Origin: a virus
Reading direction: 5' to 3' (one strand)
IMG/VR virus record: IMGVR_UViG_3300035670_000049
Location: 32,001-96,000 of that record
DNA: 64,000 bases
Under the pieces are notes generated by a model. The model was given only the letters and a program-made list of their open reading frames with translations, was not told where the DNA came from and made no database searches. Positions 17,600 through 26,261 of the stretch are shown here, piece by piece (positions within the stretch are counted from its first letter, which is position 1; every line of letters starts with the position of its first letter). A program made the position numbers and the translations under genes.

Positions 17600-18031
17600 T
17601 TACTCTTCTCCAATATTTGTTGCTGTCGGTATATAACCTTGCCAGTCTGGAAAGAATCCAAACTCGGGTAGACCGGGAAGATTGCCCCAATCCTGAATGG
17701 TATCAAACATATCAGATGGACTATCTCCCCAACTATCTCCACCTGTAATTAGTACATCATACTTACCGATATTAATCATATAACAATGACGATCATAGTT
17801 ACCATCAGCGACTGATCGAATATCATCGTGACAACAAAGCAAACGATGCTTCAATTCTTCAAGAGCCGAACAATCATCGTCATCACTATGAATCATTTGC
17901 ATATACTCAAACTCAGGATGATCTTTAAGTTGTTCCTCTGTTAGATTCTCAATGTATGCTCTTGCAGCATCCCAATCAGGACGCTTATCTTTAGCCCACC
18001 AAACAAAGTTTAGAAGTAGATCATTACCCAT
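17600..18031 (-). CDS. Hypothetical protein
   Basis: LITGGDSWGDSPS motif; coupled. Confidence 0.7.
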   Translation of the reverse strand: MGNDLLLNFVWWAKDKRPDWDAARAYIENLTEEQLKDHPEFEYMQMIHSDDDDCSALEELKHRLLCCHDDIRSVADGNYDRHCYMINIGKYDVLITGGDSWGDSPSDMFDTIQDWGNLPGLPEFGFFPDWQGYIPTATNIGEE

Positions 18032-18216
18032 TATGTTAGGACCCTCGCAACTACCTTATCATTACATAGAAGTCGCTTCTTATACCCATTACCTACATTT
18101 AGAGCATTGAAGTATAAAATAGCTTGGACTTTATTAGTAAATGACCATCGAGTTTTATATGCTGATTTATAACGTCCAATCTGAACTTTATATAAATCAT
18201 CCATAAACAACTTCAC
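18031..18216 (-). CDS. Hypothetical protein (likely start MDDLYK)
   Basis: Start overlaps the stop of the 18197-18250 mini-ORF. Confidence 0.65.
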   Translation of the reverse strand: MKLFMDDLYKVQIGRYKSAYKTRWSFTNKVQAILYFNALNVGNGYKKRLLCNDKVVARVLT

Positions 18217-18250
18217 CTAGCACAATCTTCTGAATGATTACATCTGCCAT
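18197..18250 (-). pseudogene. Second copy of the 3' end of the 19555-19974 gene, forming mini-ORF MADVIIQKIVLGEVVYG
   Basis: Encodes the same last 16 aa as the 19555-19974 product; RBS AGAAAGGA 8 nt upstream of ATG. Confidence 0.85.
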
Positions 18251-18321
18251 AGCCCATATCCTTTCTATATTGTAGATTATGATACCGGGGGATGGTCATA
18301 ATCTATTTAGGAGGTATTAAA

Positions 18322-19041
18322 ATGTTTAAATATTCAGGAAACAAACAAAGGTTATTGCATCTACTACGCCAACCACCTAAAGGTCCGATCATAGAGCCTT
18401 TTGCTGGAAGCGCAAGGTACAGTTTGAATTACGATTTAGATGCTATTTTATTTGAAAAAAACAAAGACGTATACGATTTATGGGACTGGTTAATAAACGA
18501 TGCTACTAAGAAAGATTTACTTGAATTAGAAAAAATGAAGCAACCGGAAAAGGTGGATATTCGATTGCTTAACCTTCCAAAACCGCAGGAAACTCTATTT
18601 AGGTTGACGTGCGCAAGCGTTTACGTAGGTCAGTTATCCTCATGGATTTCGTACCCTCAACATAAAGTAGATTTTTCTAGATTGATTAGTTATTTACCCC
18701 AAATAAAATATCGATTTACTTTAGGAGGCACAGATTACTTACAATCAGCAGGATTGCAAGGAACGTACTTTATTGATCCGCCTTATATGGGCACAAGTGG
18801 AAATTATATAGATGGAAGCAATAAAAAAGAATTAAATAGCGTAAACTTAAATACTTTTACAGAGTATATAAATAGTGTTGACTCTCCTATTATATTTACG
18901 TATGGCACGGATGCTCAGGAAGTTTTTCCGCAATATCAATGGGAATTAGTTTTGATGAGGCGCGTCCCTAAAATTAGAACCGGAGGTACTGCGAATAGGA
19001 TCGATTATGTCTTTTATAAGAATTTTTCTATACATGGTTAA
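18322..19041 (+). CDS. D12-class (Dam-like) N6-adenine DNA methyltransferase
   Basis: FKYSGNK, IEPFAGSA (motif I), FIDPPY (motif IV); RBS AGGAGG. Confidence 0.88.
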   Translation: MFKYSGNKQRLLHLLRQPPKGPIIEPFAGSARYSLNYDLDAILFEKNKDVYDLWDWLINDATKKDLLELEKMKQPEKVDIRLLNLPKPQETLFRLTCASVYVGQLSSWISYPQHKVDFSRLISYLPQIKYRFTLGGTDYLQSAGLQGTYFIDPPYMGTSGNYIDGSNKKELNSVNLNTFTEYINSVDSPIIFTYGTDAQEVFPQYQWELVLMRRVPKIRTGGTANRIDYVFYKNFSIHG

Positions 19042-19140
19042 ATCAGAAATTTCCTCAAAATCTTCGTCTGTTTCAATAATAAAGCAGCCGTCGATAGATG
19101 AAAATGTTTCTCCATCATTAAGAACAACGTATTGTTTCAT
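18946..19140 (-). CDS. 64-aa hypothetical protein inside the cassette
   Basis: RBS GAGGAG before ATG 19140; VVLNDGETFSSIDGC. Confidence 0.6.
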   Translation of the reverse strand: MKQYVVLNDGETFSSIDGCFIIETDEDFEEISDLTMYRKILIKDIIDPIRSTSGSNFRDAPHQN

Positions 19141-19161
19141 TTTACTCCTCGGAGGTAAATA

Positions 19162-19578
19162 ATGTCTAAAGAACGTCAACGCGAATGGTATTATGAGAAC
19201 CATGAAAGAGAGTTAGCCAAACGTAGAGCATATCAAGAGGCTAATCGAGAACGAGTACGCGAAATGAATAGAGATAATCATCGAAGGCACCAGCAAGAGG
19301 ACCCCGAAGGTTATAAACTTGTTAGGAGATTTCGTCAACTAAAGCATAAATATGGTATTACACAGCAACAATACGACGATATGTATAACTCTCAGCAAGG
19401 ATTGTGTGCAATATGTATACAGCCCTTTGATATTTTTGCCGTAGATCATAATCATATTACAGGTCGAATACGTGGATTACTGTGTAAATCATGTAATACC
19501 TTACTTGCTAATGCTAAAGAAGATTCATCGCTACTGCAAAGAGCAATTGACTATCTAGCCGTACACGACCTCACCTAG
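19162..19578 (+). CDS. Endonuclease VII-type (beta-beta-alpha-Me) HNH nuclease
   Basis: YGIT..QY..M...Q.GLCAIC...AVDHNHITGRIRGLLCKSCN..L.....LLQRAIDYL. Confidence 0.9.
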   Translation: MSKERQREWYYENHERELAKRRAYQEANRERVREMNRDNHRRHQQEDPEGYKLVRRFRQLKHKYGITQQQYDDMYNSQQGLCAICIQPFDIFAVDHNHITGRIRGLLCKSCNTLLANAKEDSSLLQRAIDYLAVHDLT

Positions 19579-19974
19579 AACTATTTTTTGGATTATAACG
19601 TCCGCTCCGATGGCATCGTAATCAATATCTTCTCTGATACCCTTGTTGTTGACAGTATATGAGAATAGATGGCCGTAGTTTTCTAGCGCCCAATCTGTAG
19701 CATCAACCAACTTCTGTAGCGTAATTGAAGTAAATGGCCGCTTCTCTTCTTCTGCTTGACCATCCTCATCATCACGCATCCAAATTAGAGGAGTATCAAG
19801 AGTTAGATCAGGATTGATTTTATCGGTATCGGGCTCTCCATCCTCATCACATACATACCACCAATACCACTTGTATCTTTCAATTTGCGCCCAAAATCCT
19901 CTAGCACTCCAATCCATACCATCACTGAGAATATTCAGCAATAGAGGTACGGGATAACGTCCAGCAATTTGCAT
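19555..19974 (-). CDS. Hypothetical phage protein (cassette target gene; C-terminus D.D...AD.IIQ....GEVVYG)
   Basis: Intact ORF whose last 16 codons are duplicated at 18200-18247. Confidence 0.8.
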   Translation of the reverse strand: MQIAGRYPVPLLLNILSDGMDWSARGFWAQIERYKWYWWYVCDEDGEPDTDKINPDLTLDTPLIWMRDDEDGQAEEEKRPFTSITLQKLVDATDWALENYGHLFSYTVNNKGIREDIDYDAIGADVIIQKIVLGEVVYG

Positions 19975-20204
19975 TAGGTTAGTTCCTTTACAGTAAATGC
20001 TGTATCTACAGCAAACTCGTTGGCAAATCCATCAGTAATTTCCTGCCATGCTTCTGCGGGCATATGCCCAATAGCATTAGCAATAGCATCTACTTCTGTA
20101 ATGCGCCCCTTTCGATACATTGGAGCAAAGCCAATTCTAGTATGCAGATTAATTGTAATTGTTACGTCGTAGTCTTTCTCTTCAAAATAAGACTTCTTTG
20201 CCAT
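19974..20204 (-). CDS. Hypothetical protein
   Basis: Coupled ORF. Confidence 0.6.
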   Translation of the reverse strand: MAKKSYFEEKDYDVTITINLHTRIGFAPMYRKGRITEVDAIANAIGHMPAEAWQEITDGFANEFAVDTAFTVKELT

Positions 20205-20431
20205 TACTCTTTACCCACTACTTCAATTACTGATACATCGGCATCTTCCCAGCAGTCAGGATGCCACTTATCAGCCATCAATTTCCCGTTATATTTAAAA
20301 CGTTCAAGGACAACCATATCGCCCTCTTCAATATCTTCATTACATCCAGCACAATGTTGAGTCTGCTCCCCACTATATTCAAACTTAATTATCTCAGGAG
20401 GAAGATACTCAATGACGGGAGGCTCATGCAT
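20204..20431 (-). CDS. Small Zn-finger protein (CxxC...WHxxC)
   Basis: HCAGCNEDI...KWHPDCW. Confidence 0.65.
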   Translation of the reverse strand: MHEPPVIEYLPPEIIKFEYSGEQTQHCAGCNEDIEEGDMVVLERFKYNGKLMADKWHPDCWEDADVSVIEVVGKE

Positions 20432-20785
20432 TCAAATCACCCAATCCCTAGTATCCAGATATGTATCTTCCATATGTCCACAATGGGTAGAAGCCCCACA
20501 GATATCACACAGGTCCATCATATTACAATGGTTGCAATACATCAGTGATTCCCATGCCACCACTTTGGTAGAATGGATATACCTCAGATCAGCATCAGGA
20601 TTTACTTTGGGTAGAATTAGATGGACAGAGCCATCATAAAGAATCTTACCCTCATAAAAGGTTCCATTCTCAGGAGTTCTAATCTTAGTTGCATCGGGAC
20701 CTTGCTTACGGTCCCATAGTTTATTGGTCCAATCAATAGTATAGACTGATTCAGACTCTGTAGTATACCGACGAATAATTCTCAT
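20432..20785 (-). CDS. Hypothetical protein
   Basis: Coupled ORF. Confidence 0.6.
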   Translation of the reverse strand: MRIIRRYTTESESVYTIDWTNKLWDRKQGPDATKIRTPENGTFYEGKILYDGSVHLILPKVNPDADLRYIHSTKVVAWESLMYCNHCNMMDLCDICGASTHCGHMEDTYLDTRDWVI

Positions 20786-20973
20786 CTCTCATACCACTCC
20801 ACATCGCCCTCTAAATCCTCAAGGTATTCGGGATCATTCCACTCAGAATCTAAAGTAGTCTCATTACCATCCAAATAATCCTGATACTTTTGCTTGGCTT
20901 CCTCTAAAGAAGCAGCCTCAATTGTATAAATTCTATGCCAACGTTCTGCCTGACTAACTTGATAGATAGGCAT
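20782..20973 (-). CDS. Small acidic hypothetical protein
   Basis: Y.IEAASLEEA pattern. Confidence 0.65.
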   Translation of the reverse strand: MPIYQVSQAERWHRIYTIEAASLEEAKQKYQDYLDGNETTLDSEWNDPEYLEDLEGDVEWYER

Positions 20974-20974
20974 C

Positions 20975-21190
20975 TTATTTCACCACATTCTCTAGTGCAA
21001 TAGAGGCTGAGAAATATCTCTTAGATTTACCCTCAGTCTCATCTTCCCACTCTTCAATATGTCCAATAAGAGAATTGATCAACTGATTCTTCAGCTTTTC
21101 TGTATAGTCAAACTGTGCCTCTTCGATCCATTGCCTCTCATCATCCCACAGAGTTTCATAAAAGGTAAGTCTAAGATCAAGTTGCAGCAT
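20975..21190 (-). CDS. Hypothetical protein
   Basis: Coupled ORF. Confidence 0.6.
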   Translation of the reverse strand: MLQLDLRLTFYETLWDDERQWIEEAQFDYTEKLKNQLINSLIGHIEEWEDETEGKSKRYFSASIALENVVK

Positions 21191-21845
21191 TTCTTGCTTC
21201 CTCTACTTCTCTGATTTTACCCAAGATAAGTTGTAGTTCTTCTGGTTCAAGGTCTTCAATTTCATCTAGCCTGATATATGACTTAGGTTTCATGGCACTA
21301 ATGACTGACTCTGGCGGAATCGCCTTGTAAAGAGCCTCTAGATTGGGTGTGACGAGTTGTTCACGTTCGTTTAGGCCATCGTTTTTAGGCTTATGATAAG
21401 CATCGGGAGGACGAGTGCTTTTACGCCCACGCTTACCCTTTACTTCTACCACGCCTCTATTGGTACACAGTTCACCAAAATAACTACACTGATAAGGTTT
21501 ATCGGAAGTGTGCCAACTCTTGTTGGATTTTAGTAGAGCAAGAGTTTGGCTAATGAATTTACCTTCTCTTGTTAGCCCTAATGCTTCAAGAATTGCTAGT
21601 CTCGCAGCAGAATGAATAGGGCTAGGAACATTATCAATAAAATTGGCCAGAGCATAGATCGCAATACCATCATTATATGTGCGTGTATCCAGGAATTTAT
21701 CTACCTCATCTAGTGCATCTTGTATAAGTTTAGACTTACCTTTAGGTGATTCAAGGATAGTAGCCTCTAGTGTTGTAGTATCAAAATTAATCTCTGCGCC
21801 CACCGCTGAAAAGATAGGCGCAAATTGAATCAGGTTCTTACTCAT
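21177..21845 (-). CDS. Hypothetical protein with a GKRGRK basic motif
   Basis: 222 aa; VVEVKGKRGRKS. Confidence 0.7.
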   Translation of the reverse strand: MSKNLIQFAPIFSAVGAEINFDTTTLEATILESPKGKSKLIQDALDEVDKFLDTRTYNDGIAIYALANFIDNVPSPIHSAARLAILEALGLTREGKFISQTLALLKSNKSWHTSDKPYQCSYFGELCTNRGVVEVKGKRGRKSTRPPDAYHKPKNDGLNEREQLVTPNLEALYKAIPPESVISAMKPKSYIRLDEIEDLEPEELQLILGKIREVEEARNAAT

Positions 21846-21848
21846 AGG

Positions 21849-22907
21849 TCAATCTACCCTACCACCTAGGGACCAACTTCCCTTTGCAGTATTGAATACA
21901 ATCCTATGCCAAATCTTTCCCAATTGGATACGCTTATGCTCTGGCCTTCTGAATAGTGGACGATGATATAGATTACCTCGGGCATACATACGCTTTCGGC
22001 TATCATATCCAATCTCATTAGCCGCATGAGAATCATTCACCTTTGGCATATCAAGTTCCATGCGAATAATCTCTGACTCATAAGACTGTGTTTCTTGATT
22101 CCAACGACTTCTAACAACAGGCTCCATATGTGCCCTAGTTTTATTCTTTAGAATCTTGCGAGAATTCAGATCAAGCACAGGGATAGCAAATACATCCCCC
22201 TGACGCTTTACATTTAGACCCGCAGCATATGCTTCCTTTACGATCTTGGGCTTTAGTGACTCATATGCCTCTTCAACTGTCTTTACAGCGTGAGGCAACT
22301 CACAGATGAAATAGCCATCATTACGGGAATTATGAGTCTCATCAAAACCTGAGAGGAAGTAATGGTACTTATAAGGATGCCTATTACGGTAGTCACCCTT
22401 GGCCCTAAATACACTACCACCTAGGCGATGCACATAAGTAGTTACACAACGCTCTTCTTTCACTACTGGATCATAATGCTGATCACGATGCTCATTCATC
22501 ACAGCCCATGCTGTCTTTCCAGTCATAAAATCTGCAAGAAAGTACTGATTATGGGTCTTGCAGTAAGCCTCTTCGAAATCCTGATCTACATCCACTTGCT
22601 CAATTGTGTGCAGATCAATATGTGCAGCACTGGCAACACTAAAGGGAATTGTAATCTGGCGATAATTAGATGGGAGATACGATGCAAGGGCACCGCGCAA
22701 ATTGCTCTGATGCTGGGTAGTAGAAACTGAATACCTATCACCGTTGACAATGACGAGGTTTCGCTCATCATCAGCAATTGCCATTACAAAGTGAGGGCCA
22801 TAGGAATAAATCTCAGTATTCCCATAGCCTGAATATACATTATGACCCTTTAGGCCACGCTCTCCACGCTGTGCAAATCGCACACAAACATCATAATGAG
22901 TAGTCAT
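21849..22907 (-). CDS. Hypothetical phage protein (352 aa)
   Basis: IYSYG.HF...NGDRYSVSTTQHQ N-terminal motif; ELP...TVEEAY..L.P...RQGD. Confidence 0.8.
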   Translation of the reverse strand: MTTHYDVCVRFAQRGERGLKGHNVYSGYGNTEIYSYGPHFVMAIADDERNLVIVNGDRYSVSTTQHQSNLRGALASYLPSNYRQITIPFSVASAAHIDLHTIEQVDVDQDFEEAYCKTHNQYFLADFMTGKTAWAVMNEHRDQHYDPVVKEERCVTTYVHRLGGSVFRAKGDYRNRHPYKYHYFLSGFDETHNSRNDGYFICELPHAVKTVEEAYESLKPKIVKEAYAAGLNVKRQGDVFAIPVLDLNSRKILKNKTRAHMEPVVRSRWNQETQSYESEIIRMELDMPKVNDSHAANEIGYDSRKRMYARGNLYHRPLFRRPEHKRIQLGKIWHRIVFNTAKGSWSLGGRVD

Positions 22908-22916
22908 GTTATATCC

Positions 22917-23360
22917 TCAATCAAAAGTAATAAAAGATTCCCAAGGTTGGGGATGACGATAACGCTTCATTGTGTATTCGATATGCTTCTCCGCTTCCTC
23001 TTTAGTAGAAAACCAACGGGTTCTAAAATCGTGGGTATCATCCTGCCACAATTCAGGAACGTCTTTGAAATTCTCAACTGGTACCCAAAAGATCACCTGT
23101 CCCAATTCGCCTAGATTATTGACTGCCAAATCATCCCCATAAATAGGAACGGCAGCCACTCCGCTAATATCCTTGACAGTTTCAGGATTAATCTCGACTA
23201 AATAGGGTACAACATCCGCTAGTTTTTCGCCCCAATCTTCCTCTTGCCAAACTCCTTCGAAAACCGTCCCAAAACCGGGTCTATAAATGGTCGTTTTGAT
23301 TGTCTCAAAAATAACCTCACCCTTCCCGAGAGTTGTTTGCATGGGTTTAGAAGTCTCCAT
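22917..23360 (-). CDS. Hypothetical protein
   Basis: 147 aa in array. Confidence 0.65.
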   Translation of the reverse strand: METSKPMQTTLGKGEVIFETIKTTIYRPGFGTVFEGVWQEEDWGEKLADVVPYLVEINPETVKDISGVAAVPIYGDDLAVNNLGELGQVIFWVPVENFKDVPELWQDDTHDFRTRWFSTKEEAEKHIEYTMKRYRHPQPWESFITFD

Positions 23361-23392
23361 AATGATATAGATATATTCTCCGTACTCGCTAG

Positions 23393-23419
23393 GTAACTGG
23401 TCGTGGGTTGAAATTCAAT
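23393..23419. promoter_or_regulatory. GTAAC-N13-AAATTCRAT bipartite motif (intergenic copy)
   Basis: Also at 13174, 13921, 14174, 30505; variants at 12383, 13137. Confidence 0.6.
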
Positions 23420-23839
23420 TTAGTCACTAGAATCCCAACTCCAACTCAAACCACACGTAGGACAAGTTCGATCATGCCATCCTCTAATTGTATCTGATCC
23501 TGTTGCCTCTTTATGATCGCATCCAATACGGAAGAATTTGAAAGGCTTAGGGATTGCATGTTCTACTTTTTGCATTACTGCAAATGCTTCATTATGATAA
23601 TAAATAATCTGCATCGACCGATAATACTGCTCATTTCTAGGAAGATCACCAAATAGCTCAGGCTCTGAAACGGGATTAATCTGCCTATACCCATGAGCAT
23701 TCCCAAATCCCCAGATTAGTACATGATGCCAAAACCTTTCCTCTGTGATTTCTTGATATGGCTTTGGCATATCATTGTATCCACCCGGTTCTAGGATATA
23801 ATGCTTTGCTCGATCTAGTGTAGTTTCCTCTAGTGTCAT
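23420..23839 (-). CDS. Hypothetical protein with C-terminal Zn ribbon
   Basis: GCDH...CPTCG. Confidence 0.7.
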   Translation of the reverse strand: MTLEETTLDRAKHYILEPGGYNDMPKPYQEITEERFWHHVLIWGFGNAHGYRQINPVSEPELFGDLPRNEQYYRSMQIIYYHNEAFAVMQKVEHAIPKPFKFFRIGCDHKEATGSDTIRGWHDRTCPTCGLSWSWDSSD

Positions 23840-23964
23840 TTTTTCTCTGCTTTCTTTCCAAGTAGCGGAAGAATTACACTCTTGATACTTCTACCTGATA
23901 CTTTCATACCATAGATTTTCTTGCGGCGTTTCTTCTCCCTATCTTCTGCATGTTTATCAGTCAT
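23836..23964 (-). CDS. 42-aa basic peptide (not in ORF track)
   Basis: MTDKHAEDREKKRRKKIYGMKVSGRSIKSVILPLLGKKAEKK; RBS AGGAG; ATGA overlap. Confidence 0.55.
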   Translation of the reverse strand: MTDKHAEDREKKRRKKIYGMKVSGRSIKSVILPLLGKKAEKK

Positions 23965-24066
23965 TTAGGCTCCTAAATAGTCTGACAATATCCACTAGGA
24001 TATAGGCTACAAGGGAGAATATCAATATAAAGAAGATGCTTGTGATAATAAAGATCAGCAGATCAA

Positions 24067-24300
24067 TCATTCTACACCTAAATCCCTTCCAGATAGAGCC
24101 TTTACAATAGCAACGGCCACCAGTTCATAGTATCCATTGCTGTAATTTTCTTCATCATAGAAGTTATCCATCAGGATATCGTTAACAATGGCTACAGCCT
24201 TAGCCTGTCGCTCATAGCGCTTCTTTACGTCTTTACAAAGATGAGGTTCATTAGTAGTGTTACACTCTACGCCACATCTAGTACAAGTGTATCTAGCCAC
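24067..24300 (-). CDS. Small Zn-ribbon protein
   Basis: CTRC...HLC. Confidence 0.6.
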   Translation of the reverse strand: MARYTCTRCGVECNTTNEPHLCKDVKKRYERQAKAVAIVNDILMDNFYDEENYSNGYYELVAVAIVKALSGRDLGVE

Positions 24301-24691
24301 TTCCTTTCCTCAATACAATGATATCACTATCTTCAACAATTGCTTGAGATTCTTCATAATGATTATCAAGATAAACTTTATCCAGGTTCATCTCTTCTGC
24401 GATAATACTCGCTTCTACCTGAGTAGGATAAACATCCGATACAATCTCACCCTTTGGATCAACAATGACATAGCCGTTGCTATGCTGTTCTGCACGAAAT
24501 ACTTTATGGCCCTTACGTTTATTGCACCATTTATGCGCTAGTGCAATGTTTGTAGAACCTCTACCAACTTTGCCTCCTAATGCCTTGGGTACAATATGAT
24601 CGCGTGTAGCGTCTGTCAATCTTTGGACTCTATCTCCGCAGATATGACAGATTGCTTTATCACGCTTATAAAGTTGTGCTAATGTGATCAC
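24293..24691 (-). CDS. HNH endonuclease
   Basis: LYKRDKAICHICG...TRDHIVPKALGG...NIALAHKWCNKRKG. Confidence 0.88.
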   Translation of the reverse strand: MITLAQLYKRDKAICHICGDRVQRLTDATRDHIVPKALGGKVGRGSTNIALAHKWCNKRKGHKVFRAEQHSNGYVIVDPKGEIVSDVYPTQVEASIIAEEMNLDKVYLDNHYEESQAIVEDSDIIVLRKGSG

Positions 24692-25272
24692 GGATTACTA
24701 CACCCCCAAAAATTGGGAGGCATAATCGGATTATTGAGTGTACCACAAAGGTAGTTATAGATAATCTTTCCTGTTCTACCATTCCCATCCCTGAATGGAT
24801 GAATATTCTCATACTCGTAGTAGAACTGATCCTCTGCTGTCTTAGACAGTTTATGGCCTCTTGATCGATGTTCCCAATCTCCAACTACTTGATCAACAAC
24901 AATAAGCCCTCCACTATAGTAGGCTTCAAGTAGACTGGTAAGTAGATCAGGCACTCGCTCCCAAGATGCCTTTTCAATCCAACCAAGATTTGGATCATCC
25001 ACTCCAATTGGAATTCTACGAAATCCATTCTTATTTTTGGTGGGCTCAACTAATTGTCCAAGATACTCGATGAACTCAAGATTAATTGGTTGCTGAATTC
25101 TATTGTGTGGAAATTCTGCGTTCTCGTCCTTATAAGCATAGGCACAAGTAGGACAATATTCCCACTTCTCTTGCGCCCATTGCCAAGCATTACACATATA
25201 GTATACGCTAACTTCACCTGATCCTTGGCGCTCACATTCCCTAGCGCAATACTCAATGATATCAAGTTCCAT
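24688..25272 (-). CDS. Fic-domain protein
   Basis: IHPFRDGNGRTGK (Fic motif HPFxDGNGRxxR with final K); start MELDIIEY. Confidence 0.85.
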   Translation of the reverse strand: MELDIIEYCARECERQGSGEVSVYYMCNAWQWAQEKWEYCPTCAYAYKDENAEFPHNRIQQPINLEFIEYLGQLVEPTKNKNGFRRIPIGVDDPNLGWIEKASWERVPDLLTSLLEAYYSGGLIVVDQVVGDWEHRSRGHKLSKTAEDQFYYEYENIHPFRDGNGRTGKIIYNYLCGTLNNPIMPPNFWGCSNP

Positions 25273-25274
25273 TA

Positions 25275-25676
25275 TTAGAACCTTTCTTCCTGCCACATAG
25301 GAATAACTAGATCGCTTCGTACAGAGTAAAACATCTTTCGAAATCCCAACTTCTTCAAGATAGCGTAGCAGTTAGGACATGGATATGAAAGATTTGTTGC
25401 TACATTTGTACGAGAGTAATTGATAATTGTTGCTCCGGTTAGTTTCCTGATACCTACCTTTCTTAGAGCATGAACCTCTGAATGCATTGTCTTATCTAGG
25501 GGAAGATCAGTATCATCAGCAATGATAGAACCTCCCGCAAAATGATTTACACCAGTCCCAATGATTCTTCCTTCCCTATCGAGGATTACCGAAGAATGCA
25601 TATAGCGTGTGACTTGTGGATCAGTCTTTCCTGCCAACTTCTTAGCCACATCAAACGGATCACGATAACGACTCAT
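25275..25676 (-). CDS. Zn-dependent deaminase (CDA fold, stand-alone)
   Basis: HSEVHAL...PCPNC. Confidence 0.85.
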   Translation of the reverse strand: MSRYRDPFDVAKKLAGKTDPQVTRYMHSSVILDREGRIIGTGVNHFAGGSIIADDTDLPLDKTMHSEVHALRKVGIRKLTGATIINYSRTNVATNLSYPCPNCYAILKKLGFRKMFYSVRSDLVIPMWQEERF

Positions 25677-26008
25677 ATAGAACCTACAATAGCCGCAAAA
25701 TTAAATCCTGCTCCAACAATACCGGATGCTGTTGCGGTAGAGATAGCAACAATCCTTACATTATTGAATTTGGCTGGAACCGGAATTTGAGAACGATATG
25801 CAACAAGGAGGGATAGTCCAAGTTTAGCAACAGGGATAGCCCAAATTCCTCCAATGGATACTAGAAGTAGAATTAGAAAGTTTTGCTCACTGAATTTTCC
25901 TGGTCCAATAAATATATAGAAGATCAAGAATGTCAATGCATCCAAAGATTGAGCAAAGACTAGCCTAAATACAAGATTCTTAGGTAGAGTCATTTCGGTA
26001 GATTCCAA
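25673..26008 (-). CDS. Membrane protein (3 TM)
   Basis: Hydrophobic segments; LDALTF...E.N. Confidence 0.6.
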   Translation of the reverse strand: MESTEMTLPKNLVFRLVFAQSLDALTFLIFYIFIGPGKFSEQNFLILLLVSIGGIWAIPVAKLGLSLLVAYRSQIPVPAKFNNVRIVAISTATASGIVGAGFNFAAIVGSI

Positions 26009-26247
26009 CTAGCACGGGGATCATTTACAGGATACCAAGTTACCCAATCGGGAGGGCTAGAGATATCTGCATCAGAGATATCTTCTACAACAGTATCAGG
26101 AGGATTAGAACCATAGGGCCAAATCGGCTTCCAAAATGCATCGTCATAGTGACAGCAATGTGTATCCCTGCCACATTCACAACAAGGAGGCTCTACTCCC
26201 TCACAATCAGGACATACCTTATAAGGAAAATCTGCTACTGCAATCAC
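25990..26247 (-). CDS. Cys-rich hypothetical protein
   Basis: CPDC, CCEC. Confidence 0.55.
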   Translation of the reverse strand: MIAVADFPYKVCPDCEGVEPPCCECGRDTHCCHYDDAFWKPIWPYGSNPPDTVVEDISDADISSPPDWVTWYPVNDPRASWNLPK

Positions 26248-26261
26248 TTCTATTCACCTTT

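Larger units (their letters stand above)
18251..19605 (+). mobile_element. Putative homing cassette (Dam-like MTase + small antisense gene + EndoVII-type HNH nuclease) carrying a recoded target-gene 3' end
   Basis: Main genes are opposite in orientation to the surrounding array; bounded by a protein-level duplication of the target gene C-terminus. Confidence 0.75.
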
